Positions 1-9,133 of a stretch of 64,000 nt of DNA are shown one piece after another; position 1 is the first letter of the stretch, and the number at the start of each line of letters is the position of its first letter. Source of the DNA: Ignavibacteria bacterium (GTDB taxonomy: Bacteria; Bacteroidota; Ignavibacteria; Ch128b); assembly GCA_026415235.1 (NCBI GenBank), contig JAOAHM010000062.1, forward strand, positions 32,788 through 96,787, written 5' to 3'. The notes below the pieces were generated by a model. It saw only the letters and a list, made by a program, of their open reading frames with translations, searched no databases and was not told the origin of the DNA. The translations under genes and the position numbers were made by a program.

Positions 1-2538
1 GTTTCGGCAATTGGATATGAGAAGAAGATAATAAAAAATGTTAAAGTGTCTGTTGATTTTACCACAAGAATAAATGTGGAACTGAATGAGGAAGCAGTTA
101 CTCTCCAAGAAATTGTAGTTGAAGCTCAATCGCCTTTAATAAGAGAAGATTTAACTTCTACGCAATCAACAATAGATGCAGGACAGATAGATGCATTACC
201 AGTCGAAAGTGTTCATCAAATATTAGCATTGCAAGCTGGAATTACTCAAGGTGTAGGAGGTGAATTACATATTCGTGGTGGTAGAACAAATGAAATTCTC
301 TACACGGTTAATGGTGTATCTATTTCAAATCCATTTGATAGCTCACCTATGGTCGAGATTGCAACAAATGCTGTTCAAGAAATTTCTGTTGTGAGCGGAA
401 CATTTAACGCTGAATATGGGAATGCATTAAGTGGAGTTGTTAATACAATCACAAAGGAAGGAACTCAGGAATATAAAACTCATCTTTCATTTTATACTGG
501 AGATTTCTTATCAACTCGAAAAAATATTTTCTTTAATGTTGATGATGTTGAGCCATTAAGTAATAATGTAACTGAGCTCACCTTTAGTGGACCTTTTCCG
601 TTTTTGAAAAATAATCTTCTCTTTTTTGTTTCGGCAAGAAATGAAAATAATAAAGGTTGGCTCTTTGGAGTTCGACAGCATATGCCTTGGGATTCAGTTT
701 ATATTAATCCTGCAAATCCAAATGATATTCGAATTTCAAAATCAGGTGATGATGCAATAGTACCAATGAATCCAAGTAGAAAATTTAGTGGAACAATAAA
801 ATTGACATTTAAACCAACCTCAACAATAAAAATCAATTACGATTTACTCTACTCAGATAACTATTTCAAATATTATTCTCATGATTTCAAATACAATCCA
901 GAAGCAGATTATAATTATTACGAAAAAGGTTACATCAATTCTTTAGATTTTAGACATGCAATTAGTAATAGAACTTTTTATTCGCTCAAATTAATGTACA
1001 ATTTCAACGACTACAAACAATATCTTTATCCTTTACTTGATCAGAATGGTAATGCAGTTGATTACTATCCAGGTTTGGGAACACAGAATTTAAAACCAGA
1101 TCCAAGATATCAACCAATAGAAAAATTGACACGTCCTGTTACATACACTTTTTATTTTGGCGGAACAAGGAATGGTCACAGTTATGAACGTGCAAGAACT
1201 TATGGATTGAAATTCGACATGACAAGTCAAGTTACAACCGAGCATGAGTTAAAATTTGGTGCTGAATATAAATCTCACATTCTTGATTACGAAAGTTTTA
1301 CGATACAAAGAGATACTGTACGATATCTTGTTCCAACCATTCCAGATTTAACAACACCATATCACGATTTGTACACAAAGAAACCAGTTCAATTTTCAGC
1401 TTATATTCAAGACAAAATGGAATATGCTAATTTTATAATGAACATTGGCTTAAGATATGATTACTTTAATTCAAGGTCTAAATATTCAACTAATACATTC
1501 TATCCTTCACCAAATGACCCAGCACTACCAGTTTATATCGACAAGAATTCAATCCTTGCTGATGCAACACCTAAACATCAATTAAGTCCAAGATTTGGTA
1601 TATCGTTTCCAATAACAGATCGTGGAATAATTCACTTTAGCTATGGTCATTTCTTCCAGATGCCACCATTCCAGTATTTGTATACAAATCCAAATTTCAA
1701 ATCAAGTTATGCGGTAGGTACGCCAATCTTCGGTGATGCCAATTTGAATCCCGAAAAAACAGTAACTTATGAAATAGGTCTACAACAACTTTTACTCGAT
1801 GATTTGGCTATGACTGTTACAGGTTACTATAAAGATGTTCGTGATTTGCTCGCACTTCAAACAATTCGTGTTAGTAGTGATAGAACTTATCTAAAATATG
1901 TAAACAAAGATTACGGTAATATTAAAGGAATCACTCTTTCACTTGTGAAGAGAAGAACACCTGCAAGTCCTCTTGGAGTTACTGTTGATTATACATTTCA
2001 AGTCGCGGAAGGGAACGATACCGATCCCGATGCATTCTTCCTTGATTTATCCTCAGGTAGACAGAGCGAAAAAATTCCTGTCTTCCTTGCATGGGATCAA
2101 ACTCACACTTTAAATACAACCTTTACTTTTGGTAAGATTGATAATTGGACAATTACAGTGGTAAACCGATTCGGAACTGGATTACCTTATACTCCTCAAA
2201 TAACTGGTAAGCAAGTCTATGTTCGAACAAATAGTGGTAGAAGACCAACACAATTTTATGTTAATCTTTTCGCTGAAAAAATCATGAAAATATTTGGTGC
2301 AAGACTCACTGTGTTTGCTAAGATTTATAACCTCTTTGATAATTTAATCGAACGACTTGTTTATGACGATACAGGAAGAGCGACTTATACATTACTTCAA
2401 ACAAGTGGAGCTACAAAGTCAGCCAAAGAATTATCAGATAAAATACCATTGGTTCGTCCACCTGAAGAATATTTCAATCGTCCACATTATTATCAACCTC
2501 CACGAGAGGTACGAATTGGTTTTGAAATTGATTTCTAA
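1..2538 (+). CDS. TonB-dependent-receptor-like outer-membrane beta-barrel (cassette 1, gene A); 5-prime end lies upstream of the window
   Basis: Frame 1 is open from base 1 (VSAIGYEKKIIKNVKVSVDFTTR...). It aligns with the intact paralog at 36719..39562 (SVVGYQKKSITDVRVNVDFTTR...). There is a plug-like block LHIRGGRTNEILYTVNGVSISNPF and a long strand-rich body. The C-terminus ...PREVRIGFEIDF ends in an aromatic residue, as in OM barrels. Confidence 0.8.
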   Translation, partial: VSAIGYEKKIIKNVKVSVDFTTRINVELNEEAVTLQEIVVEAQSPLIREDLTSTQSTIDAGQIDALPVESVHQILALQAGITQGVGGELHIRGGRTNEILYTVNGVSISNPFDSSPMVEIATNAVQEISVVSGTFNAEYGNALSGVVNTITKEGTQEYKTHLSFYTGDFLSTRKNIFFNVDDVEPLSNNVTELTFSGPFPFLKNNLLFFVSARNENNKGWLFGVRQHMPWDSVYINPANPNDIRISKSGDDAIVPMNPSRKFSGTIKLTFKPTSTIKINYDLLYSDNYFKYYSHDFKYNPEADYNYYEKGYINSLDFRHAISNRTFYSLKLMYNFNDYKQYLYPLLDQNGNAVDYYPGLGTQNLKPDPRYQPIEKLTRPVTYTFYFGGTRNGHSYERARTYGLKFDMTSQVTTEHELKFGAEYKSHILDYESFTIQRDTVRYLVPTIPDLTTPYHDLYTKKPVQFSAYIQDKMEYANFIMNIGLRYDYFNSRSKYSTNTFYPSPNDPALPVYIDKNSILADATPKHQLSPRFGISFPITDRGIIHFSYGHFFQMPPFQYLYTNPNFKSSYAVGTPIFGDANLNPEKTVTYEIGLQQLLLDDLAMTVTGYYKDVRDLLALQTIRVSSDRTYLKYVNKDYGNIKGITLSLVKRRTPASPLGVTVDYTFQVAEGNDTDPDAFFLDLSSGRQSEKIPVFLAWDQTHTLNTTFTFGKIDNWTITVVNRFGTGLPYTPQITGKQVYVRTNSGRRPTQFYVNLFAEKIMKIFGARLTVFAKIYNLFDNLIERLVYDDTGRATYTLLQTSGATKSAKELSDKIPLVRPPEEYFNRPHYYQPPREVRIGFEIDF

Positions 2539-2559
2539 ATCATTGAGGAGTGTTTAATC

Positions 2560-5500
2560 ATGAAATTCTTCTTACTTCAAATTTCTTTTTGCTTTCTAAT
2601 TTCAATGAGTCTTTTAGTTGCTCAGACAAATTCAAGTAAACAAAATGAACATCAATCGGTTAAGAATTTAATCAATACTGTTGATAATAAATCATTAAGC
2701 ACAAAGTCATTTACAACAATTCAAGATTTCCAGAAAGGAGTAATAAAAAAGCTTGAAAAGATAAAAGCTCATAAAGATCGTAAGTACTACTTCATGAATG
2801 GAAATAAAATTAGCACTAATATCTACAATTATGGTGGTATTGCACCTGGCTATGGATTGCTTCGCAATGTGAATAATGTAGTCTGGCGTGGTGTTTCCTA
2901 TGTTTTTCAATTTTGTCCATTTGTAGCTGCTTCAGTTCCAAGTGGATATGATTCGACAAAAAGGTTACATATTGTTTCAGATGGATTATGGGATTATCCT
3001 AATTTAAGAGATGTAAGTCCTACGGGAGATACTCTTTGGGCATGGCAACCACTTCCTGGTTATGCTGACCCAAATCAAGAATTTATGGCTTCAAATCCTG
3101 CACCTGATAAAGATAATGATGGCAAACCAGATTCCTGGCCCAGAGAATGGTACAATCCAACTCTTGGAAAATATGTCTGGCCTGGTTACTTAGCTCAAGA
3201 TGCAACAAATGCAGACCTTGAAGTTTTCTGGGCAATGGACGATAGAGACAATTCTGAATTCCCTTACTGGCCCTTTGTAAAAGATTCAACAAGAAGAGGT
3301 TTAGGTGTTCAAGTAGATGGTAGAGCATTGCAATGGAGTAATGCTCTTGCAGAAAACACAATATTTTTTGTTTATACAATAGCAAATGTGAGTGACAAAA
3401 ACTTAGACTCAGTTTATTTTGGAATGTATGGTGACCCTGATGTTGGTGGTGGTTTACCCGCCGATCCAGGTGATGAAGTAAGAGATGATTTAGGTTTCTT
3501 TGTTGCACCACACAATTATTCTGTACCTGTTTATGCTCGAAGTATGATGTATTTGTGGGATAACGATGGCAAAGGTCATCTCGGTTTGCCAGTTGGATAT
3601 CTTGGTTGTAAATACCTGGAATCTCCTTCAAATCCTGGAAATAATTATGATGACGATGGTGATGGTTTAGTTGATGAAAAACAAGATGATGGAATTGATA
3701 ACGATAGAGATTGGAATCCACTTGTTGACGATGTTGGAATTGATGGAATTCCAAACACTGGTGATTTAGGTGAAGGTGATGGAGTGCCCACTCCGGGAAA
3801 AAGATTACCTGATGGCTCACTTGACCCACTTTATCCCGGTGAACCAAATTTCGAGTTAACTGACCTTGATGAATCAGATCAAATTGGTTTGACAAGCTTT
3901 AACAGTTGGACTTGGAATACAGATAAAGTTGCAAACGATGAATCGATGTGGTATCGAGTTCAAGCTGGTAATTTTAGTGATATTCGTCAACTTGAAGATA
4001 TTGTATTCATTTTTGGAAGTGGTCCAATTACTCTTTCAAAAGGCGAGATAAAAAGATTTTCAATGGCTTTACTTCTTGGTGAAAATTTAGATGATTTATT
4101 AACAACAGCAGAAACAGTTCAGAGAATTTACAACGCCAATTACAGATTTTTCCGTCCTCCGCTAAAACCAAATGTTGTTGCTGTTCCAGGTGATAGAAAG
4201 GTTACGCTTTATTGGGATTCAAGAGCAGAAGAGAGTATTGACCCAATTACAGGAAAGGATTTTGAAGGTTATGTCATTTATCGAAGTACAGATCCAACTT
4301 TTAATGATATTCAAACCATTACAGATGGTAAAGGAGCAAAATTTTTATATCAACCATTAAAAGATTTGCAAGGGAATGAATGCAGATGGGATGTTGATAA
4401 AAGACCTGAACCATTCAATGATAAAAATGGAAATCTAAAGTACGATGTTGGCGAAGAATATGTAGATATTAATGGAAATGGTCAGTGGGATCCAATCGCA
4501 CCTGATTATTGGAAAGGTTATCATCCTGTTCCTTATCAAGGTAGAGGTATTCAGTATTTCTTAGGGAACAATCGTGGATTGGTTCATTTTTATGTTGATT
4601 CAAATCAAGTAGTGAATGGTCAAACTTATTATTACGCAGTTGTGGCTTATGACCATGGAGACTCACTTGGAATACCACCAACTGAGACAACTAAGAAAAT
4701 CACTGTTGATCCTATTACAAACCAACTTCAATTCGATGTTAATACAGTTATGGTTATACCAGGACCACGAGCAAGTGGATATGTTGTAACTCCAACAAGC
4801 ACTAAGAGTTTAGTTCATGAAAGTGGAGTTGGAAATGGTGATGTAACATTGGAAGTAATTAACGATTTAATTGTAGAACAAAATTCAGAATTTAGATTAT
4901 TTTTTAGAGATACTTTAATTAGTGGTAATAGAAAAATTCCAGGCAAAAATTATTCTGTTTTGAAATTAACTCCAGTGATTGATAAAAACATCAGTTTTTA
5001 TGATACAAACTTCACAAAACTATCTTATCAAAACATAAGTGATGATAACTTTTTTGTTGTAAAAGATGAAAACGGAAATACTTATACAAAAAATATTGAC
5101 TATGTCGTTAACTTCGAAAGGGGAATAATTCGAAGAACTTCAACAAGCTCAATGGCAGTTAACAAAAAATATTCAGTTCAATATAGATACTATCCAATAT
5201 TTCAAAGTCAATTATTAAAAGGTGAAGATGGTAATCCTGTTTTTGATGGATTGAAACTAAAAATTGTTGATAATCCAGTTCTAAAAATTGACTCAATCAA
5301 AACAAACTGGATAAAAGGTAAGTGCAACTATACATTCAGAGTTGATAGAGCATCAATAGGTGGACGTATCATTCCAAATGAAGCCGATTACGAAATTCAT
5401 TTTTCTAATACATTTATCGACTCTGCAATGGTTTTGGTCTCAGGAAGATTAGTCAAAGTTCCTGTAAAGTATTCAGTAAAAGATGTAACTACTGGAGTTC

Positions 5501-6099
5501 CAAGAAATATTCTAACTTACTTAAAAGAAAATGCTCTCACCCGTGACTCAAATTACACTGCTGGTGAAGAAATTGTTTTCTTCAAACCTGGTTCAACTGG
5601 AAGAACAACTGATACAACAACATGGGGAGTAATTTTCTATGAACCAGCGGGAAAAACTCCAATTCCACCTTCAGCTGGAGATGTTTTCTACATCAGAACA
5701 TTAAGACCATTCAAACCTGCCGATGTATTTTATTTCAAAACAGAAGCATCAAAATTTGATGCAAACTTAGCAAAGTCAAGACTTGACGAAATAATCGTTG
5801 TTCCAAATCCTTATGTTGTTGTAAATGATATAGAACCAACGAATAAACTACCTGGACAAAATCGAGGTGAAAGAAGAATTTATTTTGAAAATCTTCCACC
5901 AGAATGTACTATAAGAATTTTCACTCTCGCAGGTGAACTTGTTCAAGTAATTCACCATTCTTCACAACTGGATAATGGAAGAGAGTTTTGGAATTTGTTG
6001 AACAGAGATGGATTTAGTGTTGCTTATGGAATTTATTTCGCTCACATCGAAGCTCCAGGAATTGGAGAGAAACTCTTAAAATTTGCAATTATTAAGTAA
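2560..6099 (+). CDS. Large secreted multidomain protein (cassette 1, gene B): DxDxDG-type acidic loops, FN3-like domain, T9SS-CTD-like C-terminus; family not recognised
   Basis: GAGGAG RBS lies 9 nt upstream of the ATG. Signal peptide MKFFLLQISFCFLISMSLLVAQ. Acidic loops include DKDNDGKPDSWP and DDDGDGLVDEKQDDGIDNDRDWNPLVDDVGIDGIPNTGDLGEGDG. FN3-like block VTLYWDSRAEE...GYVIYRS...NGQTYYYAVVAYD. Tail is VVPNPYVV...CTIRIFTLAGELV...GIYFAHIEAPGIGEKLLKFAIIK. It starts 21 nt after gene A. Confidence 0.75.
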   Translation: MKFFLLQISFCFLISMSLLVAQTNSSKQNEHQSVKNLINTVDNKSLSTKSFTTIQDFQKGVIKKLEKIKAHKDRKYYFMNGNKISTNIYNYGGIAPGYGLLRNVNNVVWRGVSYVFQFCPFVAASVPSGYDSTKRLHIVSDGLWDYPNLRDVSPTGDTLWAWQPLPGYADPNQEFMASNPAPDKDNDGKPDSWPREWYNPTLGKYVWPGYLAQDATNADLEVFWAMDDRDNSEFPYWPFVKDSTRRGLGVQVDGRALQWSNALAENTIFFVYTIANVSDKNLDSVYFGMYGDPDVGGGLPADPGDEVRDDLGFFVAPHNYSVPVYARSMMYLWDNDGKGHLGLPVGYLGCKYLESPSNPGNNYDDDGDGLVDEKQDDGIDNDRDWNPLVDDVGIDGIPNTGDLGEGDGVPTPGKRLPDGSLDPLYPGEPNFELTDLDESDQIGLTSFNSWTWNTDKVANDESMWYRVQAGNFSDIRQLEDIVFIFGSGPITLSKGEIKRFSMALLLGENLDDLLTTAETVQRIYNANYRFFRPPLKPNVVAVPGDRKVTLYWDSRAEESIDPITGKDFEGYVIYRSTDPTFNDIQTITDGKGAKFLYQPLKDLQGNECRWDVDKRPEPFNDKNGNLKYDVGEEYVDINGNGQWDPIAPDYWKGYHPVPYQGRGIQYFLGNNRGLVHFYVDSNQVVNGQTYYYAVVAYDHGDSLGIPPTETTKKITVDPITNQLQFDVNTVMVIPGPRASGYVVTPTSTKSLVHESGVGNGDVTLEVINDLIVEQNSEFRLFFRDTLISGNRKIPGKNYSVLKLTPVIDKNISFYDTNFTKLSYQNISDDNFFVVKDENGNTYTKNIDYVVNFERGIIRRTSTSSMAVNKKYSVQYRYYPIFQSQLLKGEDGNPVFDGLKLKIVDNPVLKIDSIKTNWIKGKCNYTFRVDRASIGGRIIPNEADYEIHFSNTFIDSAMVLVSGRLVKVPVKYSVKDVTTGVPRNILTYLKENALTRDSNYTAGEEIVFFKPGSTGRTTDTTTWGVIFYEPAGKTPIPPSAGDVFYIRTLRPFKPADVFYFKTEASKFDANLAKSRLDEIIVVPNPYVVVNDIEPTNKLPGQNRGERRIYFENLPPECTIRIFTLAGELVQVIHHSSQLDNGREFWNLLNRDGFSVAYGIYFAHIEAPGIGEKLLKFAIIK

Positions 6100-6121
6100 G
6101 TCATTCTTAAGGAGTTTTGAA

Positions 6122-7144
6122 ATGAAGAAAATTATAATCTTAATTCCATTGATATTTTTAATTTTAATTTGCCATGCATTCTCGCAAATTGGTGCAAGCT
6201 TAACTAAAACAGGAACAACAGCAGCGCAATTTTTGAAAATTGGAATAGGTTCGAGAGCATTAGGAATGGGTGGTGCCTTTGTTGCATCATCCAACGATGT
6301 TTCGGCGATTTATTGGAATCCTGCTGGAATTGCTTTAATTGAAAATCGTGAAGCTGCTTTTAATCATGTTGATTGGTTGATGGATGTTAGTTTTGATCAT
6401 GCATCTTTTGCGATGAATTTCGGTGATTTTGGAACAGTAGGCGCTTTCGTTGGAGTGATGTCCATGGGCGAAATGTTAGTTCGAACTGTTGAAAAACCTG
6501 AAGGTACTGGTGAATACTTTGGTGCTGGTGCAATGACAATTGGATTATCTTATGCAAGAAACTTGACGCAAGATTTTGCTATTGGATTTAATGCAAAATA
6601 CATTCGTGAATTCATCTGGCATGAAATTGCCCAAGGTTTTGCTTTAGATATTGGAACGCTTTATAGATTACAATTTCTAAACGAAACAAGACTTGCTGCA
6701 AGTATTTCAAATTTTGGTACAAAGATGAAACTTTCAGGAAGAGATTTACTTGTTCTAACAAATACAGGTCCTGGTGGTGCAAATATTATTAATACGGAAC
6801 ATCAAGTTGATGAATATGATTTGCCTTTGTTGTTCAGAATTGGTGTTGCAGTTGATGCAATTAAATCGGAACAAATGCGTCTAACCATCGAAACTAACGC
6901 AATTCATCCAAATGATAATACAGAATATTTGAACACAGGTTTTGAATATGCATGGAATGAAAAAATTTTCATTAGAGCTGGCTACAAATCTTTATTCGAA
7001 AGAGATTCTGAACAAGGTTTGACTTGGGGATTGGGTTTAAATTATCGTCTTGTTGATTTTGTTAATCTTAAGTTCGATTATGCTTACCAAGATTTTGGTA
7101 GATTGAAAAATGTGCATTATTTGACTTTAGGAGTAAACTTCTGA
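6122..7144 (+). CDS. PorV/PorQ-family (FadL-like) outer-membrane beta-barrel (cassette 1, gene C)
   Basis: AAGGAG RBS precedes ATG 6122; the track ORF starts at an in-frame upstream TTG at 6083. Signal peptide MKKIIILIPLIFLILICHAFSQ. Motif GSRALGMGGAFVASSNDVSAIYWNPAG is characteristic of PorV/PorQ-type barrels. C-terminus is ...YLTLGVNF. Confidence 0.7.
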   Translation: MKKIIILIPLIFLILICHAFSQIGASLTKTGTTAAQFLKIGIGSRALGMGGAFVASSNDVSAIYWNPAGIALIENREAAFNHVDWLMDVSFDHASFAMNFGDFGTVGAFVGVMSMGEMLVRTVEKPEGTGEYFGAGAMTIGLSYARNLTQDFAIGFNAKYIREFIWHEIAQGFALDIGTLYRLQFLNETRLAASISNFGTKMKLSGRDLLVLTNTGPGGANIINTEHQVDEYDLPLLFRIGVAVDAIKSEQMRLTIETNAIHPNDNTEYLNTGFEYAWNEKIFIRAGYKSLFERDSEQGLTWGLGLNYRLVDFVNLKFDYAYQDFGRLKNVHYLTLGVNF

Positions 7145-7217
7145 TGAATTAAAATAATTCTGATTAACTAAGAGAATTTATTTTGACTAAATATATTAAT
7201 TCATCAAAAAATTTTTG
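7142..7217 (+). terminator. Possible intrinsic terminator of cassette 1 (long AT-rich hairpin)
   Basis: There is a perfect 11-nt inverted repeat, TGATGAATTAA (7142..7152) and TTAATTCATCA (7196..7206). Further imperfect pairing lies inside it, and AAAAAATTTTT follows. The stem is AT-rich and the loop is large, so support is weak. Confidence 0.3.
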
Positions 7218-7327
7218 CATTAAAGTTTTTAAGAGTGAATTTGGAATTATAGTTTGAGTTGAAGTTAGTTGGTTTGTTAGAAAAATTTTTGGGACTTAAA
7301 TTGCAACCGAAAATTTGTTCTTTCAAA

Positions 7328-7411
7328 GCCGAAGTGGCGGAATTGGCAGACGCGCATGATTCAGGGTCATGTGGGAGTAATCCCGTAGGGGTTCGAGTCC
7401 CCTCTTCGGCA
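7328..7411 (+). tRNA. tRNA-Leu (anticodon CAG), type II with long variable arm
   Basis: Manual fold. Acceptor GCCGAAG/CTTCGGC. Anticodon stem CATGA/TCATG with loop TTCAGGG. Variable arm GGGA-GTAA-TCCC. T arm GGGG-TTCGAGT-CCCC. Discriminator is A and no CCA is encoded. Confidence 0.9.
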
Positions 7412-7427
7412 CTAAATCTAATCTACA

Positions 7428-8285
7428 ATGAATAATCAATCCTTAGAGAGCTCTTATCAGTTTTGCTTAAATCTGGCAAAAAAACATTACGAGAATTTTC
7501 CTGTTGCTTCTATTTTAATTCCGAAGGAGAAAAGGAAATTCGTTGCGGCAGTTTATGCTTTTGCCAGAATTGCTGACGATATTGCTGATGAAGGAAATTT
7601 ATCAAACGAATTTAAAGTTACTCAACTGATTAAATACAAAGACATTTTTGTTAACAAGATTATCACCACAGAATATCCTTATCTCGAAGCGGTGTATGAT
7701 ACAATTCAAAAAAATAATCTGACCGAAAAAAATTTTATTAATCTTATTGAAGCATTCATTCAAGACAATCAAATAAATAAATACAAAACTTTTAGTGAAA
7801 TTTTTGAATACTGTTCTAAATCAGCCAATCCAATTGGAAGAATTTTACTTGAACTATTTGATATTCGAGATAATCAAGCATTAACTCACTCTGACGAAAT
7901 TTGTACAGCTTTACAGTTAACTAATTTCTATCAAGATTTGAGCATTGATATCAATCGAAATAGGTTTTATATCGCAGAGGAAATTCTAAACAAGTTTGAA
8001 CTTACTTTTGATGATTTAATCAATTTTAACCAAACAAAAATTATAAACGAAAATTTTAAATGGATGATGAAATACTTACTTGATGTGAATTATAAACTTT
8101 TTCAAAGCGGAGAAAATCTTCTGAAATATTTAAGTGGTCTATTCAAGTTTGAGATAAAATTGACAATTAACGGTGGCAGAGAAATATTAAACAAAATTAA
8201 GTTGGTTGAATACAACACATTCTTAATTCGTCCTACCCTAAAAAAATTTGATTGGATAAAAATTATTTTGAGAGGATTAGTTTAA
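7428..8285 (+). CDS. hpnC: Squalene/phytoene synthase family protein, HpnC-type (hydroxysqualene synthase)
   Basis: Asp-rich motifs YAFARIADDIADE and NFYQDLSID. It is the first of two tandem SQS/PSY paralogs followed by an FAD amine-oxidase gene, which is the hpnC-hpnD-hpnE order. Confidence 0.7.
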   Translation: MNNQSLESSYQFCLNLAKKHYENFPVASILIPKEKRKFVAAVYAFARIADDIADEGNLSNEFKVTQLIKYKDIFVNKIITTEYPYLEAVYDTIQKNNLTEKNFINLIEAFIQDNQINKYKTFSEIFEYCSKSANPIGRILLELFDIRDNQALTHSDEICTALQLTNFYQDLSIDINRNRFYIAEEILNKFELTFDDLINFNQTKIINENFKWMMKYLLDVNYKLFQSGENLLKYLSGLFKFEIKLTINGGREILNKIKLVEYNTFLIRPTLKKFDWIKIILRGLV

Positions 8286-9133
8286 TGGGCAGGTCAATTG
8301 AAGAAAACATAACAAGAAGAAGTGGAACAAGTTTTTATTACACTTTCATGTTTTTACCTAAACATCAAAAAAAAGCAATGCACACAGTCTATGCTTTTTG
8401 TCGCTTAACGGATGATATCGCTGACTCAGAAGACGAAACAAATGAAGAAAAACTTCAAAAGTTAGAAGAATGGAAAGAGGAATTATCAAATGCACTAACT
8501 CATAAATCGAAATACGAAATACTGAATCATTTAGCTGAGGTTATAAGAAATTTGAAAATGTCAGTTGAACCATTTTTTGATTTGATTGAAGGTATGAAAA
8601 TGGATTTGACGAAAAAACGATACGAAACTTTTGAAGAACTTAAACTTTACTGTTATCGAGTTGCATCAACTATTGGGTTAATGTCAATCGAACTTTTTGG
8701 ATATAAAAATCCTGCCAGCAGAGATTATGCTTATAACCTTGGAATTGCGATGCAACTCACGAACATTTTAAGAGATGTAAAAGAAGACATGAAACGAAAC
8801 AGAATTTATATTCCCAAAGAAGATTTAGATAGATATAATTATTCAGAATATGATTTGCTTAATCAAGTTCAAAACAATTCATTTAAAGAACTAATGAGAT
8901 TTGAAGCAGAGCGAGCTGAATATTTTTATAATGAAGCAAATAAATTTTTTCTACCAGAAGAGTACAAAGTGTTAGCTATGGGTAGAGCAATGCAAGAAAT
9001 TTATTGTAAAATTTTGAAAAAGATTAAAGAAAATAATTTCGATGTATTTAATAAAAACAATAATCTCAGCAAAGTAGAACGATTATTTTTAACCCTCAAA
9101 AATTACTTCAAGTATTCCTTCATAATGAGATGA
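8285..9133 (+). CDS. hpnD: Squalene/phytoene synthase family protein, HpnD-type (presqualene diphosphate synthase)
   Basis: Motifs YAFCRLTDDIAD and NILRDVKED. The likely start is ATG 8285, forming a TAATG overlap with the hpnC stop; the track ORF begins at 8252. Confidence 0.7.
   Translation: MGRSIEENITRRSGTSFYYTFMFLPKHQKKAMHTVYAFCRLTDDIADSEDETNEEKLQKLEEWKEELSNALTHKSKYEILNHLAEVIRNLKMSVEPFFDLIEGMKMDLTKKRYETFEELKLYCYRVASTIGLMSIELFGYKNPASRDYAYNLGIAMQLTNILRDVKEDMKRNRIYIPKEDLDRYNYSEYDLLNQVQNNSFKELMRFEAERAEYFYNEANKFFLPEEYKVLAMGRAMQEIYCKILKKIKENNFDVFNKNNNLSKVERLFLTLKNYFKYSFIMR

Noticed and set aside
3083-3895. A 270-aa minus-strand ORF rich in H, Q, L and N inside the cassette 1 giant gene.
   Set aside because: It lies antisense to the GAT/GGT/GAA-rich acidic-loop region of a well-supported gene. 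It has low-complexity composition and no RBS or signal. It is a typical shadow ORF.
6083-6121. N-terminal extensions proposed by the ORF track. Examples are 6083 for the PorV-like gene, 27199 for the TPR gene, 39568 and 43152 in cassette 2, 57858 for the BNR protein, 46180 for asnS, 21631 for the thioredoxin-domain gene and 8252 for hpnD.
   Set aside because: In each case an internal ATG is preceded at proper spacing by a GGAG-type RBS. It also begins a signal peptide or conserved N-terminus, or removes an overlap with the upstream gene. The extensions mostly use TTG or GTG codons found by longest-ORF logic.
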